Below are positions 62,946 to 64,000 of a stretch of DNA of 64,000 bases, piece after piece (position 1 is the first letter of the stretch; every line of letters begins with the position of its first letter). A program made the translations under genes and the position numbers. Source of the stretch: Ostrea edulis (taxonomy: Eukaryota); the NCBI RefSeq assembly GCF_947568905.1, contig NC_079166.1, forward strand, positions 36,704,001-36,768,000, given 5' to 3'. The notes below the pieces were generated by a model. It was not told where the DNA came from, made no database searches, and saw only the letters and a program-made list of their open reading frames with translations.

Positions 62946-63768
62946 ACTTGAGGGAGTGTGAACTGTGGGGCTTCATGCTGCTCTACTTGAGGGAGTGTGA
63001 ACTGTGGGGCTTCATGCTGCTCTACTTGAGGGAGTGTGAACTGTGGGGCTTCATGCTGCTCTACTTGAGGGAGTGTGAACTGTGGGGCTTCATGCTGCTA
63101 TACTTGAGGGAGTGTGAACTGTGGGGCTTCATGCTGCTATACTTGAGGGAGTGTGAACTGTGGGGCTTCATGCTGCTCTACTTGAGGGAGTGTGAACTGT
63201 GGGGCTTCATGCTGCTCTACTTGAGGGAGTGTGAACTGTGGGGCTTCATGCTGCTCTACTTGAGGGAGTGTGAACTGTGGGGCTTCATGCTGCTCTACTT
63301 GAGGGAGTGTGAACTGTGGGGCTTCATGCTGCTCTACTTGAGGGAGTGTGAACTGTGGGGCTTCATGCTGCTCTACTTGAGGGAGTGTGAACTGTGGGGC
63401 TTCATGCTGCTCTACTTGAGGGAGTGTGAACTGTGGGGCTTCATGCTGCTCTACTTGAGGGAGTGTGAACTGTGGGGCTTCATGCTGCTCTACTTGAGGG
63501 AGTGTGAACTGTGGGGCTTCATGCTGCTCTACTTGAGGGAGTGTGAACTGTGGGGCTTCATGCTGCTCTACTTGAGGGAGTGTGAACTGTGGGGCTTCAT
63601 GCTGCTCTACTTGAGGGAGTGTGAACTGTGGGGCTTCATGCTGCTCTACTTGAGGGAGTGTGAACTGTGGGGCTTCATGCTGCTCTACTTGAGGGAGTGT
63701 GAACTGTGGGGCTTCATGCTGCTCTACTTGAGGGAGTGTGAACTGTGGGGCTTCATGCTGCTCTACTT
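62946..63768. repeat. 39-nt minisatellite, about 21 near-identical copies, in an OXNAD1 intron
   Basis: Unit CTTGAGGGAGTGTGAACTGTGGGGCTTCATGCTGCTCTA. It accounts for ORFs 62948-63967 and 63137-63781. Confidence 0.97.
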
Positions 63769-64000
63769 CAAGAATCGTCACAGTTCAGGCCCTCATGTAT
63801 TTTCAAAAATGAAGTTGAATCATTTCTTATATTTACTGTCTACTTTTATTTCTGTCAGAATTCCCAGCCATAGAAATAGAAGTACTATATTTATATCTGT
63901 AATCATACGCACGTTGTTTACAACTGTAGCACATTCATCAGGAAATGGCTATCATTACAATTTGTGAAGATATCAAATCAAAGGCAAAAACATTGGCAAT

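Noticed and set aside
62948-63967. 339-aa and 214-aa ORFs on opposite strands
   Set aside because: Both are translations of the 39-nt minisatellite inside an OXNAD1 intron.

Overview
AT-rich eukaryotic genomic DNA, inferred to be bivalve (oyster-like) from its repeat families and gene content. It has spliced genes and a heavy load of retroelements, MITEs and minisatellites. I assembled the exons by hand from GT-AG sites and phase continuity. The first 17 kb holds four paralogous 9-exon genes (here D, A, C, B) in two head-to-head pairs, D<-/->A and C<-/->B; D runs off the left edge after exon 7. Each encodes a ~355-aa secreted protein: signal peptide, a short beta-rich N-terminal module resembling the cubilin trimerisation beta-helix, a He_PIG/cadherin-like Ig domain, one EGF domain and one F5/8 type C (discoidin) domain. 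The two minus-strand paralogs share an intron shifted exactly 10 nt relative to the plus-strand ones. Downstream lie a 5-exon UFSP1 (minus), a 3-exon 234-aa uncharacterised gene spread over 21 kb (plus), an intronless RING-less TRIM-like B-box/coiled-coil/propeller gene (plus) and the 5' part of OXNAD1 (plus). Most long ORFs in the supplied track are tandem-repeat artefacts.
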